Assembly (NCBI GenBank): GCA_035221665.1 | Contig: CM069168.1 | Span: 18,042,001 to 18,106,000, forward strand | Direction: 5' to 3' | DNA: 64,000 bases | Source of the DNA: Okamejei kenojei | Lineage: Eukaryota | In this document: in pieces, positions 38,758-52,687 of the stretch | Layout of the letters: each line of letters opens with the position of its first letter | Numbering within the stretch: the stretch's first letter is position 1 | Program-made: the position numbers and the translations under genes | Notes under the pieces: model-generated | What the model saw: the letters and a program-made list of their open reading frames with translations, nothing else | Databases searched by the model: none | Told to the model about the DNA's origin: nothing

Positions 38758-40059
38758 CTAAGAAAAATAGAAACACTTTATATACTGACTTTCAATCTTC
38801 CAAGCAGCAGCAATTATAATTCATGTTTTACACAGAGGAAAAATGGATCCAGCTGAATGCTGATGGGAATCAGTGTTTGGAACAGATTATAAATCTGTCA
38901 CTTATTTTCTCTGTGTAACAAATCAATGCTGAAAGGCAGTCCTCTTAATTTTAAGTAGGAAAGAATTGCAGATGCTGGTTTAAATTGAAGGTGGACACAA
39001 AATGCTGGAGTAACTCAGCGGAACAAGCAGCATAATTCCTTCTCTCCAGAGATGCTGCCTGTCCCACTGAATTTCTCCGGCATTTTGTGTCTACCTTCCA
39101 CTTAATATTAAAATGTAAATCCACACAGTCCACAAGTATGAATTGTTAAATTAACTTAAGTCTGCCAATGCTAGTCATAAAATGTAAACAATCACTTGCC
39201 AAAACCACAATAAATTTGAAAGTCCTCAAGCAGTATGAAAATCTTGATTTAAAACTTTACACTGGATTTCCAGCGGACAGTCACATTTATCAATTATAAT
39301 TTGTATTTTAATGTATTAAATGTTTCAATTACGCTAATGAGATAAGTACGTGTCTTGCAAATGTGGGATCTGCATTGTTTAAACTGCATTTGCTACAGGG
39401 GTTTTGGATCGTTACTGCACTTATGTCAATAATATATTGGACAATGGAGGACAAAGGAGGTGGCCAGCCTCCATAAGAAATGCGTTGTAACTTTGTCAGC
39501 GCCATATGTGGCAACTATTTGCATACCTTGCATATACAGGCAATGAATTTCACTGTGCCTTGTCACATGTGACAATAATGTAATCCATTCCATATTCAAA
39601 CAGAACACCATGGCAATGAAAAATGTTTCTCATTTGAAAATAATTCCAGTTACGAGCCAAATATTAAATTGGGTAATTATGCACATTAACCATCCTTGCT
39701 GAAGCATTAGTTGGCATATTGATATTTAATTTATATGTTGGTTTATTACATTTTATGGACTGGGCTTTAGATTGTAAATTAAACAATCCAAATTTCTTAA
39801 GGGTCTCAACCCAAAATGTCACCTATCCACGATGTCCACGAATGCTGCCTGACCCTCTGAGTTACTCCAGCACTGAGTGTCTTTTTTGGTAAACCATCAC
39901 CTGTAGTTCTTTTGTTTCCACAATTCAATTTTCTCACTCTTCGAGTTCTGATAAAGGGTCATCGACAGTGCTAACTGTTTGTCTCCAAATATGTTGCGTG
40001 ATCAATTAATATTTTGAGCAGTTTGTTTTTAATTGTGAATATTCAAGGCCTGAACATAC

Positions 40060-40144
40060 CGTACAAATGAATATCCTTTCTCTGGAAACACTCTGATTTC
40101 CATGATTTGTCCAAAGGGCGAAAATGTCTGGCGCATGAGTTGCT
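40060..40144 (-). CDS. TIA1: TIA1 exon 10, RRM3 ([29 protein letters not shown])
   Basis: 85 nt, GTATGT donor. Confidence 0.96.
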
Positions 40145-40529
40145 CTAAAATAGAAAAATATTTTGAAGCAAGATTTGAGAAATATCTTCAACAGATTAAG
40201 GATTTATTGGATATTCTATGCATTGGTAATGCTCACCACGCCAACCAAAATGCAGGCTACCTTAAATTAGGCTGCTTTTGTAGGTTCATAGAAAGTAGTT
40301 TATATACATACATTGCTATTTATGCAATTTGTTAAAACAGAATAGTCACAGTGGTCCATTTGGAATTCAATATTGAATATGGAAATTTATTCAAGGAAGA
40401 TTAGATATTTATTATATGAGCAGATTGCAAATTCAATTTTTACATTCAAACTACTGTCTACATTTGTCATAAAAGAGGAAACAGTCGACAGACTGATTAA
40501 CTATTGAATGTTTTTAAAAGGGGCCACTG

Positions 40530-40760
40530 CTAATTCCCATACCGACCTCTGTCCTGGGCCTCTTCCACTGCCAGGGTGAGGACACACACAAACTGGAAGA
40601 ACAGCATCTCTTATTCTGTTTAGGTAGCTTACAATCCAATGGTATGAATATTGAATTCTTAACTTTCAAAGTAAACCCTCCCCCGCACCTTTCTTTCCAA
40701 TGCCCCATCACCCAGTTCCTTTCCCCTCTTCCATTTCCACCTTCTGCTTATCTCCAACTC
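40530..40760 (+). mobile_element. Old Penelope-like GIY-YIG 3' fragment
   Basis: DLSVLGLFHCQGEDTHKLEEQHLLFCLGSLQSNGMNIEF remnant. Confidence 0.7.
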
Positions 40761-41052
40761 TTCCCTTGTCTGGATCCCATATATTCTCTACCCCACACCC
40801 TGCAGCATGTCCCTGTAATCATAACTATTCCACATCCATTTATATCTGATTGTGCAGTCAATTCATGTAGCTCATTGTGACTAATTTGCTTTTTCAGCCA
40901 CAATGCCTTCAAGCTTGCCCGATTGATCATCTTAGCAATACCTGATGGTAAGACAATACTTGTGTCCTCCCCCTATCGCTCAATACTCCGTCCCTGCCTT
41001 GTAGATTCTTGTCTTTCAATCGCATGCATGTATTACAGATATTAGGTATTAC

Positions 41053-41148
41053 CTGTCAGTCCAACGGCTATGCCACCACAATAAACTGTGCAGTTGCTAG
41101 GACTGGATTGATTGACAACTTCTTCATAGGACAGCTGTTTGGTATTTG
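41053..41148 (-). CDS. TIA1: TIA1 exon 9 ([32 protein letters not shown])
   Basis: 96 nt, canonical sites. Confidence 0.96.
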
Positions 41149-41463
41149 CTGTAAAAGGGAAACTTGCATGTTAAAATAAATGCCATAATCACAGCCACCG
41201 ATATTTTTTTAATCCATTTCTCCAATAATCACAAAACAAGCCTTCAAATGACAATTTTAATTCCAAATGTTTTGGCATGACATTTTACAATTCAAGAATT
41301 GTTTTTAACAAAACTCCACAGCTTTCAAGATACGAACTGAGTGAAGCTGCTCATCAGGCCCATCATACTATTTGATATTTATGAACAAATTTAATTAAAG
41401 TATATTTATGCTGTTAAAAACACATGAAATTCTATATCTCACTATACTGCTTGTTTCACTTAC

Positions 41464-41572
41464 GTTCTGATGTAGTCTTTGGTGCCGGAGGCTTGCGAGT
41501 TGCCCAATTTGTTCGGATCTGCCTTCCTCCAAGCCACTGCCCACCCATCTGTTGAATGGCATTCTCAGCATC
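41464..41572 (-). CDS. TIA1: TIA1 exon 8 ([36 protein letters not shown])
   Basis: 109 nt, canonical sites. Confidence 0.96.
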
Positions 41573-41696
41573 CTGACATAAAATGGAAACATGCCCTCAG
41601 AAATGGATGAAACAATCAAAGTACAGCATTTAGCAACAAAGTTGGAGAAAGGTGATGGGTTTTTAGCATTGGGCTTCAGCAAACACTTCCAGCTGG

Positions 41697-42830
41697 AGTG
41701 GAGGAGGCCCAGGACCGAGAGGTCGGATACGGAATGGGAGGGGGAGTTGAAGTGCTGAGCCACCGGGAGGTCGGGTTGGTTTTTGCGGACCGAGCAGAGG
41801 TGTTCGGCGAAACGATCGCCAAGCCTCCGCTCGGTCTCACCGATATAGATCATCTGGCATCTGGAGCAGCGGATGCAGTAGATGAGGTTGGAGGAGGTGC
41901 AGGTGAACCTCTGTCGGACCTGGAAGGACTGCTTGGGTCCCTGAAAGGAGTGGAGGGGAGAGGTGAAGGGACAAGTGTTGCATTTCTTGCGGTTGCAAGG
42001 GAAAGTGCCCGGGGAAGGGGTTCAGCGGGAGGGGAGGGAAGAATTGACAAGGGAGTTGCGGAGGGAGCGGTCTTTGCGGAAGGCAGACGGGGGGGAGATG
42101 GGGAGATGGGAAGATGTGGCGTGTGGAGGGGTCACGTTGGAGGTGGCGAAACTGGCTGAAGGACTATCTGTTGTATTTGCCGGCTGGTGGGGTGAAAGGT
42201 GAGGACCAGGGGGACTCTGCCCTGTTTGCGAGTGGGGAATGGGGAGAGAGGGCAGTGTTGCGGGGTATGTAGGAGACCTTGGTGCGAGCCTCATCAATAG
42301 TGGGGGAGGGGAATCCCCGTTCTCTGAAGAATGAGGCCATTTGTGATGACCTGGTGTGAAACACCTCATCCTGGGAGCAGATGCGGCGTAGACGAAGGAA
42401 TTGGGAATAGGGGATGGAGTCCTTACAGGAAGCAGGGTGGGAGGAAGAGTAGTCCAGGTAGCTGTGGGAGTCAGTGGGTTTGTAGTGGATGTCGGTCAGG
42501 AGTGTATCACCTGCAATAGAGATGGTGAGGTCAAGGAATGGTAGGGAAATGTCGGAAATGGTCCAAGTGTATTTGAGTGCCGGATGGAAGTTGGTGGTGA
42601 AATGAATGAAGTCAGTCAGTTGTGTGTGGGTGCAGGAGGTGACACCAAAGCAGTCGTCGATGTAACGGAGGTAGAGGTCGGGGATGGGGTCCTGGTACGC
42701 CGGAGCTGATGAAGTCGGTTATGGTGCTCGATATGGTGGCCTGGTGTTCGTCAGTGGGGTCATGGTCCAGGGGTAAGTAGGAGGAAGTGTCCGAGAGTTG
42801 GCGCATGGCCTCCGCTTTGTAGAGAGCGGA
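41697..42830 (-). mobile_element. Degraded Penelope-like element (RT remnants plus GIY-YIG) in TIA1 intron 7
   Basis: IYIGETERRLGDRFAEH...; RT-like YLRYIDD and thumb-like FFRERGFP segments; frameshifted. Confidence 0.85.
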
Positions 42831-43450
42831 GGGCATGCGCTCATCCAAAACAGACCCATTTGCCCAATACATGCCTCTTCGAATGGAGATCACTAGGACA
42901 TTAGTGATAGTAGAATTAGGCCTCTCGGCCCGTCAAGTCTACTCTGCCATTCAATCATGGCTGATCTGTCTCTCCTTCCGAACCCCATTCTCCTGCCTTC
43001 TCCACAAAACCTCTGACACGTGTACTAATCAAAAATCATCAGTCCTTTCTTTGTTTCGGAAATTATTCTTTCATTACTTTGATTACACAATTAGCGCACA
43101 TTGGAAGGGACATAATAAAATATAACACAGTTAGGGCGACTTTGAGGTGAAAACTGCAAAAGATATGGCAGAACCATCAGTGCTGTCCAAAAATAATAAA
43201 AAGTCTGCCAAAGGAGGCCAAACATGCAAAGTTATTTTAAAATGCAGTTCGAGAAGATTGAATACTAACATCCGATAAGCATTATCAGAGCCTGCAAGTA
43301 GTGACAATCATAGTTTGCATGAGTCTTTACAAGTTATGAGCTATCCAAGTTGTTTTCCTCTTAGTCATGGAATTTGTCAAAACATTAATTAGCTGACAAA
43401 TGAACTACTTTCATAACAGCAAATTGTACCAAATATAAATGTTCTCTTAC

Positions 43451-43526
43451 CCACTTATTATAGAAGGATACAAAACCATACCCTTTGGATTTTCCTGTCG
43501 CCAAATCTTTAACCACTCTAGCATCA
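43451..43526 (-). CDS. TIA1: TIA1 exon 7 ([25 protein letters not shown])
   Basis: 76 nt, RNP1 motif KGYGFVSF. Confidence 0.96.
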
Positions 43527-44404
43527 CTGAAAATATAAATAAATAAGGCATAATAAATAAATACATTTCTTGCTGGAATAAGTTTACTGTAGAGAATAAA
43601 AGACAGGAACCACACACACACACACAATGCTTATTGTCAAGACATCACATCTCACCGTTGAAAAGGGACCACTTAATGCAAGACACCATATTCTACAAAA
43701 CACTTTTCTTCCTCTCCATTATAAAATGTACTACATCTTCAACTGCTAGTTTACTACATCTTGATCTGCTAATTCAGTTACAACTATAACGTGGTAAACA
43801 TGCAAACTGTGACTGCGCTGGCTACATACTTACAGGCGTTTTTTTTTCGTTTTAAAAGCTATTCAAATAGTTTGTAAGTTCATTCATTGTAAAAAAAAAA
43901 AAGCTAACTGCCTGCTAGGCATGGTCAAAGTAGCCATTCCTAGTTGAATAAGTCACCAGGTCAAATCAAAGAAAAAAAGTTTAGATTGAACAATTCATTG
44001 AATGGCTTTCTTTAACCATGCACAATACATAGTACTTGTTGCCAACAAGTTTTCTACCTATTCTTAAAAATACAGTATATGAAATAGAAAAAAAACTAGA
44101 AAAATAAAAAATAGGAATTAAAAGGCATACATCGCCTGTTAACAATTCTTTTAGTTTCTCGGTAGGGTGAATTCGTTACCCCCTTTTTGGACTGTGGGCA
44201 GCTGTAAATTTTGAGAAATTGAGATTTTCAGAAACGGTTGCAATATTCAGAGAAAACTAATAAGATACTGTATTTCCAAAATTGTTAACAGAACTACGCA
44301 GACTAGAATATATGAAAAGTGCATTATATACAGACAGGATCAGATCACTAAAGAATCGATCATGAACTATTTTAAGTAAAATTGAAAAAAACAAAGTCAA
44401 TTAT

Positions 44405-44515
44405 CTGTTTACAAAGACAAAAGGAAATAAGAAAACTACAACTGAGTGAACGAGTATCCACTGTGACAGTCCCTTGTGTTAGCCATGGAAATCCTGTCCA
44501 TTCTTCAGAGATATT
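44405..44515 (-). other. TIA1: TIA1 alternative poison exon (6A-like), S-ISLKNGQDFHG*; downstream boundary uncertain
   Basis: TTATTTTACAG acceptor; in frame with exon 6 gives TAA at 44481-44479; resembles recalled human short-isoform end RISVSLKNGQNCPG*; U-rich downstream. Confidence 0.7.
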
Positions 44516-47500
44516 CTGTAAAATAACCACAGCCCTATTATTTGAAATTGATTCAGAACCCATCTAGTGTGTATCTTCTTTTGCCCCAATTATTGGTAAT
44601 TATGTGAATGTCCAGGTAAAATGTTTCCCAGGTGATTTGTTAACTCAAATAATTTCATAAATATGCTTTTCAAACAAATCTATTGCTAGTATGAATAAAT
44701 TGCTTCTTTTACCTTCAGTTGTGAATGCTTTGGGAACATCTATGACATGCTTCTGTATAAAATGCATTTGAAGTCCATGTTTAACGTGAAATTACCATGC
44801 AACCGCACGTGAAAATATCAACTCTGTGTGGATCAAGAGTAGAGGACACAAACTGTCTGTGAGGAGGTGTTGTTTAATCTTGTACGAGTACTGCTCCATC
44901 ACTTTAAATCTAATATCTGGCTTGATTTTGTTGGCCCACATAGACTGGATTTTATCCTACATACAAAGAAACCTCAATAATATTATTAGCACCCATATTT
45001 TATTTAAGAAAAATGAAGCTGTGATGTAATGAACAAGTTGTGTTAAAAGTAATGTTTTTTTTAAAATATGATTTAACTTGGGAAAACAATATGACATTTC
45101 ATCTTAAAATTAATTTCAGGTTCCAATGCCACACAGCCCCCATGGTTGGTCCACTCCCAGCTGCACAGCGTACTCAACCAATCTCATTCAAGGCATTTTC
45201 CAGTGGCACACGGTTTTTACCCATTCAAACCTTCTCACTTCAGCATATCACCACCAACCATCTTTCTCAGATCAGTTTAGAAACTTACCACTGTTTCCCT
45301 GTATGGGGTTCCAAAACCAGTTTCCACCCATAAAACTAATTTGCAACAGTTACTGAAGTATGTGTCAATTTGCTGGCTTTACAAATCACCATTATTTTAT
45401 ATCATAGCCCCTTTGTTTTGTCGTTATCGGTGGTGCAGGAGTGTAGTTTTTGTCTATAACCCATCTTAACAATGTAACATACTTGATAGCTTTTATCTAT
45501 CAACATCAAGAGTTGATGCTAGAATGCCTCCAAGAAGCTAAAAATAACCAACGACAACTTCAGCAACAGTACATTTTGCTACTACCTGACCACATCCATG
45601 TAGGCCAACAAATAACACCTTCAAGCTCAAATGGATGAATGTTTGACATTATAAAACTCAGATTGAAGCCAAGACTGTAAAGCTGCACTAGATGTTAATA
45701 TAGTATTAAAAAGAATCAATAACCTGTACCTTCTACATGGAACAGACGGGCAGCATTCTGCAAACACACTGAAGTGAAGGACAACGAGAGGAATGCATTA
45801 AAATTCCTAGAGCCCTTTGAGTATTGGAAGGTTATGTCAACCATCAAATTACACACCCTTCGCGAGAACACCTTCAAAACATTCAATACAAACATACATA
45901 GATTATTTTTTCACTTCAATGCAGAAATGCTTCTGCAGTCTTCCAAAAGAAAGAAGAGTTAGTTTAATATTTGAAGTTAAGGTAAGTTATGTGAGAAAGC
46001 TAAATGATCCCCCCTCAAAACAAATCTGGAAAAAATGCCAATTTATTTTGTGCCTTGCACAACATGCTTTGCTTCACTACTTAGAACATTTAAGATATTA
46101 TATTACTTGAGTACACAGAAGATTGCAACGTTCTGCAGTGACGATGGTCTCCACATTGTGCAGTACCAATTATACACAATCAAAAGGTGACACACCCCAT
46201 AGAGATTTAAGTACCAAACATCTCTTAAATGTCTAGATCACTGCAACTCAACAAAATGCCAATGACCCAGCTACAACTGCAATATTATACAATCACAAAA
46301 CCTAAACCAAATAACTAAATAGAAGTGGTTTAAATGGTGGGTGAATGCTTTCATTGAGATAAATACGCTTCCAATGACATGAAATAAGGTAGGATATCAC
46401 GATATTTGACCCCAGTTATGTAAAAAAAATGATCAAACAGGATTTTCTTGTTAAGCTTGAAACTCCTGTATGATGAATTTGTAATAAACCCAGAGACACA
46501 AAACAGTACAAAAAATGTAAACATGTAAGTTAAATATACATAAATAAATGCCTGCCTTTCCAAACCACAACACTCGGGCTTATGCTGACAACTGTATGAA
46601 GGTTCTGCAAGAAAGATGTGACTTGCAAAAGGTGAAGATTAACAGCTCGTTTATCAAACACCATTCCCCATATCCAACGAAAGAGTTGTAAGGTGTGTTT
46701 GGAGAATTAATATAGCAAAGGACGTGAATCCATGCCCAAGCTTTTGCTCACACACTTGGCATGTACCAGAGGGGCACTGGGCACTAGATATCTACTCCGA
46801 CACAATCGCTTCATTGTGCAGATGGAAAAGGCTCTTCAAGGATCCTCACCTGTGCTATTCTCTTCCGGAAGGAAAACGTGATGCCTAACATTCACTCTGC
46901 CATCTTTTCCTCCAACCGAAAAGTAGATTTTTTTTGTGTTTATCCTATCAACCATTGAGTGTGTGCCATATTTGGAATACCTTTATTTGCGTTCTCTGTA
47001 AACAATTCAGTTTTGTTCTTCAGATGTACAACAATGATGACGGATGTCCTGAGGGGGCCACCAGTAACCTCACTAAGAGGCACCAAAATGTGGTAACTCA
47101 AATTTCACTGTACTTTAATTGGTACGTGACAAAAAACTGACCTCGAAACCTATACCTGTCAGCAAACCATTACTGGCCACCTCCATTAGCTTCAGGTTGG
47201 TGCAGTCTGCGAGTCAACAAAGCAAGCAATTAGGAGGAAACATCCACTTCACAGCCTTGGCATTCAGCTAGAACCAAGGCAATTTCACTTTGCTAGAAGG
47301 GTAACTAGGCGGAGACCAGGTCTCCTTAAGAATCAGCGCGGGAATCTGTGCAATACCACAGGAATTGAGTGAAGTCTTAAATGAATATTCATGCGGATTT
47401 ACTATGCAGATGGACGTGGAAGCTGCTGGGTTCAGGGAGAGAACAGCGATATCTTGGAGCATATCAATGTCACGCAGGTGGCGTTGGAGGTAGCGAAGGA

Positions 47501-47549
47501 GTAAATATGGATACATTTTAGACTATCCTGGTGACTGGAACAGCATTAT

Positions 47550-47870
47550 AAGCACAGTGGCATGGCGGTAGAGTTGATGCCTTGCAGCGCCAGAAATCTG
47601 GGTTCGATCCTGACTAATGGGTGCTGTCTGTATGGAGTTTGTAGTTTGTTCAGTTTGTATACAGTTTGTTCTCCCTGTGACTGCATGGGTTTTCTCCAGG
47701 TACTCTGGTTTCCTCCCACATCCAAAAGATGTGCAGGTTTGTAGTTTAATTGGCCAATGTAAATTATCCCTAGTGTGTGAGGATAGAAGTAGTGTATAGG
47801 AGATCGCTGGTTGGCGCAGACTCAGTGGGATGAAGTGCTTGTTTCCATGCTGTATCTCTAAACTAAATAC
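47550..47870 (+). mobile_element. tRNA-derived V-SINE (HE1-like), near full length
   Basis: A-box-like TGGCATGGCGG, B-box GGTTCGATCC, V-domain-like GGTTTCCTCCCACATCC, CR1-like tail; partial copies at ~1030-1135 and 63850-64000. Confidence 0.8.
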
Positions 47871-50800
47871 ATGGGATCCAGGGCGAGGCATTCGCTCATG
47901 TACCTGAATGAGCAAGGCACAGAAAGATATGAAATACCCTACATTAACTGACCTTATTTTTGTCCCAGTACCAGGATCAGCCTGCACTACTAACATTTAT
48001 CTGCCTGCGGATTACACGTAATATTTAGACCACAGGTTTCTGAGGAGAAGTGAAGCAGATAACGCAATTTTACTTCCATCATTACTGAGACTTCTATATG
48101 GTGGCATTAGATCAGAAAATATCAATCCCATGGATGGAAAGCAAGTACTACCTAAGCAAAACCTTTGTCATTGAATTATACTGCCTCAAATGTGACAATG
48201 TTCTCACTGCACCAAGTCTAGGTCAATTTATTATATTTTCATTGCTAAAGCGTTCATTCATATAAAGACAAGCACATGAAATTGAACATTGGGGTATCAA
48301 TGTTTCTCATAGAAAAATTATATTCTAACCTGTCACAAGCTATTACCAAGGCAGTTAAATACCTTAGGAAATATTGCCAAGAAACACAGAAATTGAGCTG
48401 ACTCGCATGTTCTGAGTATAAATGCAAGTGAACTATTTGTACTTACCTGAACAGAAAACTTGGAAACAAAAGGCTTAGATGAATATAGCAAAGTAACAGG
48501 TACAGAATTACATTAAACAAGAAAAATGTTACTTAAAGGGAAACAAATAAATAGAACAAACCCATGAAAGAATTAAATATCAATATTTCTGTTCAATACT
48601 TAAGAACTTCCATGTAAACAAAATTTACTATGGTGGGTGGTGTTTTACCCAGATTAAAAATATTTTTATGGTACAGAGGTTTCTTAAACTAGTGATCATT
48701 TGAAATGTATTTTCAACTTATGATGAGAGCAAGAGAAATCACTTCAAGTTGACTTAACTACAAGTTATCAAAGGCAGCTGTGTTACCAAGCCACACTGTT
48801 CCCAGCAGGTACCTATGATTTTGCAGAATACTCAGACAGAGGCTCTTTTCATTTTAATGTTTAATCAATTATAATTTTAAAAAGCCATCTTGATTGCTAA
48901 ATTTAGTTGGCTCCTCAATAGAACAGAAACATACAGAAGAGAGTCTGATTGTAGGTAGAACTGACATCTTTCAGAAATTCCAAGATTTTCCAACATTTTA
49001 TAGCAAATTGAATACTTTTTGAAGGTAAGACACAAAATGCTGAAGTAACTCAGTGGGTCAGGCAGCATCTCTGGAGAGAAGGAATTGGTATACTTTTTGA
49101 TCTTTATTGTAATGTAATAAAACCATTTGCTTATTATAAAGTCACTCAAAACAGCACAGAAATAAATGACCAGATCATCTATTTAAGTGATGTTGTTTCA
49201 ATAATAAATATTATCCAGAAAACCAAGAGACTCTCCAAGTTCCTTTAAAAAAAGCCACAGATTCTTTTCTAAACAACTTAAAGGACAGGGAACTATGAAA
49301 GTTGTGTTAAATGGATCAGAACATATCACCATTTAAAATGCGATTGATAATACCAGAATAGGACTTTCATCACCTGCTTGATTCATAATGCAACTCCAGA
49401 AATGGGGAATTACATCAAACATAGATCTTGGATTTTCAATTTAACATTCCAAAACATTCTACACATTTAACTATCTAGTACTTTCATAAATATAAATTTA
49501 CGATCTCTTCAAGAAGTAAATCCACGTACCAGAAGCCCTGGCCATTTGATTATTTTAACATAACCAAATGTCCAACTTTGAACCAATCATGTGGTGACAG
49601 TGTAAAATCCAGTGAATTGCATTGATTGCCAAATTCCAAAGTTATGTATATACGCACTGATCAAAGAATCTAAAAGCACAGAAATGTTTTAATTTTTACA
49701 AAACATAAATATCCAATTTGAATGTTCCCTTTTGTCCTGAAATTGACAAAATTACAAATTACAGTTTAAGAAAAAATGGTCTTCAAAATTAAATTTCCCC
49801 TTCTCCACACATCTTATAGTATTGTTCTCCTTTCCTGTGACAAATGTAACCCAGTAAAACAGCTGACAATTGCTTCTTCTGGCATTTTTCATGTTACCTA
49901 AAGTGATCCCTGCATGCTTTTGCAAAATAAATAATGGCCCGAAATGTTTTTACTTCCATGAGGAGGATAACTAATAACTAAAATCAACAACTCATCACAG
50001 GGTGCTGGGATAAGGTATCCTTGCAGTACTGGCCTTTGAAGTTAGTCAAAGTTTAAAATGTTGAAATCTTATCAAGCAACTTGAAACTCCCCAATAAAAA
50101 GGACAATAAAATATTAAGAAATTGAAACCGATACTCCAAATGTCAGAATATTTTTAACAACTTTAATTTTAAAAAGAGTCAAGCTACTATTCAACAGGTC
50201 ACCATCAGTACAAAACTCTGCACAAAACATCAAAAAGTAAAGATTTTAAATCTTTCAGTATATGTAAAATTACCATTATGGTAAAAAGGGACCACAAACC
50301 TTTGAAAGTGTTAAAGTTTCTGTGTCCCTCTGTTTACTTTGGAACAAACTATGCAACTCAGATTCAGTAATGAACAGCTGGCGATACCTGATGCAAAGAG
50401 CAATCATTTAAGCCACTGTTTCTTCAAGTCAGACATCTTAACTTACTTCATTTATTTAAACCAGCTTGGTTTACCCAAATTCTCCGAACTAATTCACATA
50501 AACAGTCACAAATTAAATATTATAAATCACTCCACCAAACTGAAAGCGAGAGAAAATTACTTCTGATGCATTTAAATAGCAAGAGGTTTACAGATACTGC
50601 TTTACGAACTATTTACAGTATGGAAACCTCTTTCATGTAGGTGGCAAAGCCTGCAATATCCCCACGTTCCAACAGAAAGCTTGGTTACACTTGCAAGTGG
50701 ATGCTTGTATTCCACATTATTTCAAAGCCATCTGATGATAGCCTATATACACCGAATTTTCACATTAGCAACTCTGATAGTAATAACATGTAACAAAGGG

Positions 50801-51297
50801 ATAAGGTAGATCTCTATAATATATTTTAAACTTAAGCCTGTTGCTTTAAGTCCCAGTTTTTTTAATTAATCTTTTCACTGCATAACAGCTAATCGACGTA
50901 GTGTGCACATGGTTAAATTTGAAATAGTGCATAAAGATGTATTATAAAATGAAGAAACCAATTTCCTGCACACGACTATGTTTTGCTGCTACGTTCAACA
51001 CATTGAAATTGCAAGTATTTAATATGATGCAAAGTGTTTCATGAAGCTGACTCAAAAGAAAGCTTAGATAAATATTTTTTCTGATTAAGCCCCGATTCTG
51101 TACTTTAAAATAATCAATCCACTGGAAACAATGACGTAATTACATCCAGGCTGTCTTTAAGGGGCTCTTGAGCTAAATAGTAGATGCCATGGTGTTATAA
51201 CCCAGACTGAAATATTTGAATCAAAGACTGAATGCACTGTATGTGATTTAGCTGTTTAAAACCAAACAGTATAAAATTTCCCACCAGGATATACTTA

Positions 51298-51411
<114 letters not shown>

Positions 51412-52632
51412 TCAATTCAGGGAAAAAAGATAAACCTGTTCCACAGCAGGTTTAACAGTATTTTCACAGTATTTCAACTGTATGAGAAATATAGGCTGAC
51501 AGACCAGTGTATTTTACACATTCTATCCGTTTGCTTTGAAAATATTGAAACCACTAGGTACTGAAAGTTTGAGCTACAAAAAAAAAGGGCTTTGTTAATT
51601 GTGGACAGTAAATCGGTAACAGCAGAATGTGGTTCCTTTATTTTGAAGATTAAACTGGCCAAACTCAACGCATTCAAAGGAAGATTTGAAAATGAACATC
51701 CAAAATGGTCCCTTGCACCAAACATTGGCTCCGAATCTCTGAGAATCAAGTTATCACTTTCTGAAACCATCTTACTCAAGAGTGAACTTTAGGATGCTGC
51801 TGAACACAAATGTAACAAGCAGGAGGCTCATACAATTAACAATTACTTTGTAGACTAGTAACAATCCAAAGATAATTTTCCTTTTAAATGTTATATTGGG
51901 TGCATTGTGCTGATAAAGTATGGTATCTATTGGTCTATGCTCAAATTCTAAAAGTATACACAAAAAGAATGATGTTGTACATTTGTACTAAAATTGTAGA
52001 TTTTAAAATTCGTAATCAATAGATCTTGAGTATTTTACACATCCATTTAATTCTAAAAAATTAAGTCTCCATGCTTTTTTGAAATCAAGCAATGGAGTGG
52101 AATCGTTCAAATTCCTGTCTCGGAACTGGTACTGGAACCTGGAAGGCAGCAAACGATACAAGGAAGGTGGCAACAATAAGAAATAAAATCAAATCCATTT
52201 TAGATTTGTATGATAAATATAAAAATAAATCATGCAATATAAAGCTTCCAAAGAGACTTTGGAAAATATAGTAAATGTTGATGGTTTATCTGGAAACCAC
52301 AAAACACTAATTCAGGAAGGAACCATTGAAGTTCCAGTACTTCTCTAAGGCTACCTTGTTCAACAAAAACTGAATTTATGGCTTTTCATGTCAATTATAT
52401 TAACTGCTTAAAATGATTTAATTACAACTCTGGTATTTACTTTTCAAATGCCCAAGCAATTGTGGGAATGACAGAAAGCTGATTAATTACACAAATGAAT
52501 ACTTCACCAAAAACTGAAAGAACAGGGCGTGCTAAAAATAAATAAATTGAAAGCTGCAAACCTCCCTCTGCTTTGCAGTATTTTGCGAAAGAGACCATTT
52601 GAAATGGAGAAAGATATTAATCCAATACTTAC

Positions 52633-52687
52633 TACTTGTGTCTTTCTTCTGACTACTTGGAGTTGTTGCCCAGTTCACTTTAACTTC
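52633..52687 (-). CDS. TIA1: TIA1 exon 4 (EVKVNWATTPSSQKKDTS)
   Basis: 55 nt, GTAAGT donor, ends phase 1. Confidence 0.96.

Noticed and set aside
47550-47620. tRNA gene
   Set aside because: A/B boxes belong to a SINE head; no complete cloverleaf
50640-50750. Further candidate poison exon in TIA1 intron 6
   Set aside because: Poor polypyrimidine tract and no clear donor
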